Shown here: positions 62,411-64,000 of the stretch, piece after piece | How positions within the stretch are numbered: the stretch's first letter is position 1 | Layout: each line of letters opens with the position of its first letter | Origin: Camelus dromedarius | Lineage: Eukaryota | Assembly (NCBI RefSeq): GCF_036321535.1 | Contig: NC_087451.1 | Location: forward strand, 15,376,001 to 15,440,000 | DNA length: 64,000 bases | Reading direction: 5' to 3' | Made by a program: the position numbers and the translations under genes | Notes under the pieces: generated by a model | Databases searched by the model: none | Seen by the model: the letters and a program-made list of their open reading frames with translations, nothing else | Told to the model about the DNA's origin: nothing

Positions 62411-64000
62411 TAGTAGAATGAGAGGAATTAAAGTTAAGCTCAAATTATCACCTACAGGACAAGAAAATATAGAACACTCACATTAATATGAATGCCATTA
62501 ACTCATAATTTAAATTTAAACTAAATTAACATTTAAATATTAAATATTTAAGCAGATGAATTATGTAAACAATACTGTCCAGAACATATCAAGTTACCAA
62601 GAGAACAGACTGGTATTAAGGATTCAATGCAGGAATTGTGATACCAATGTTAAAAATGTTTAAGATGATGGTTAAGGTGGTATAGTTATAAATATTTACA
62701 TGAAATAAGCATATTAGAAATGCCCTTAACTTCACTAGTTACAAAATAAAAAATTCTTCAGCCTTGTTATACAAGGAAAGAAATGCTTGCATAATATTTT
62801 TGTTTATTTAGAGATAAGGAGATACTGTGTTCTCTGCTATAAAAGATCAGTTTTTATCTTTTGTCCGTGGCATCCAGAGCTGTGTATGTCATTAATCCTT
62901 ACTAAGCTAATAATGATGCTCTTTAGCAATGAGATTCTTCTTGCAAATATAGAAGGCTAAGGGAAGTGGGCATAAGGAGCCTCACATGACCCTAAAAATA
63001 GTCCTTTTAACTATCAAACCATCCAAACCTTAAGGGGCAACCACTTTTGTATTAGTCTTCTTGGGTCCCTCTGTCATCTGGGCTCCAAATCTTAGAAACA
63101 CAGTTTGGAGAAAATTAAATGAGATAATTGCTTAGTGGATTAGGCCATTAATTACTTCTACTATGAAATACTTTCTTAGCTGATTATTTCATGTTTGCAC
63201 AAGTTATTCTCACTCATTTTAAAAAATGCCAGTCAGTAAAAAAGATTAAGCTGAGCACTGTGCCTAGTGTTGTAAACACAAAGATGGGTAAGACAGAGTT
63301 CCTTCTAGCAACTCCTGATCTCACAGGGAAAATAAACGTAAGCTCAGACCATAATGAACAAGCACTGAGTGGCTGGCAAAGTGCTGTAGAGGCATAGAAA
63401 AGGGAGCTGTGAAGTAATAGACCTATGTTTCTTCTAAAACAGTCATTTTCCTCCTGTTCACTCCCCAGCTAATTGTTTATTTTTAAAACTATCTGACTTT
63501 GCTTTATGTCAATGCATTGGCTTTAAACATGATAGACAATGTGCATGAGCAGATCTAGTCCATACATTTAAGGAGTTTATACTCAGAGGAAATGGGCTGC
63601 GAGAATAGCTACATAAGAAAAAAAAGAGGAGGGGGCAATGAGAGCTCTAAGTTGGTTTTGGAGCTCAGAAGAGGAAAGAAAGGCTTCAAACTGGATCAGG
63701 GAAAATGATAGAGCAGTGCTGTTTGAACAGGACTTTAAAGGACCATTGTATGTTATCAGGCAGACATCTTGGGAAGAATGAATTTGCAAAAAGAAGGTAG
63801 GAGAGAGGCAAAACACAGGAAACATGCTTTGAGAACCTGCAGAGTACAAGTAGGAAGAGTAGGAGATTAGGACCAGATCATCTAGGGCTTTGAAGGCCAC
63901 GCTGAGGGTAACACGCCAGGCTGCCCCATTCCCACAGCAGTGCTGTCGGACAGACTCAAGCCTGCAGCAGAATCAGTCACTTGGAGGGCTTGTTAAGGCA

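Overview
Mammalian genomic DNA syntenic with human chr17. The SINE type suggests a camelid (inference). Left part: SPATA22 (minus strand; coding exons 2-6 and its CpG-island promoter) and an intact 6-exon ASPA (plus strand, 313 aa). TRPV3 follows on the minus strand, but this copy is dead. It has two premature stops and a broken splice acceptor, and exons 10-15 (the whole transmembrane/pore domain) are deleted. The gene is cut off in intron 6 at a tRNA-derived SINE with no visible target-site duplication, so exons 1-6 and TRPV1 are not in the window. Right of that junction is a mosaic of fragments from other chr17-type loci, with all identified gene pieces on the plus strand. In order: an unidentified 3'UTR-like block, JUP exon 2, LYZL6 coding exons 2-4, an orphan CpG island, an ERV LTR, the last exon of RDM1, and an apparently intact LRRC37-family gene. 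In that LRRC37 gene the normally very large exon 1 has collapsed in frame to 230 nt (signal peptide fused directly to the LRR N-cap). ASPA intron 4 also carries a tailless tRNA-Gly(TCC) half retrocopy. Gene identities and reference exon sizes come from my recall of the orthologous sequences; no database search was run.
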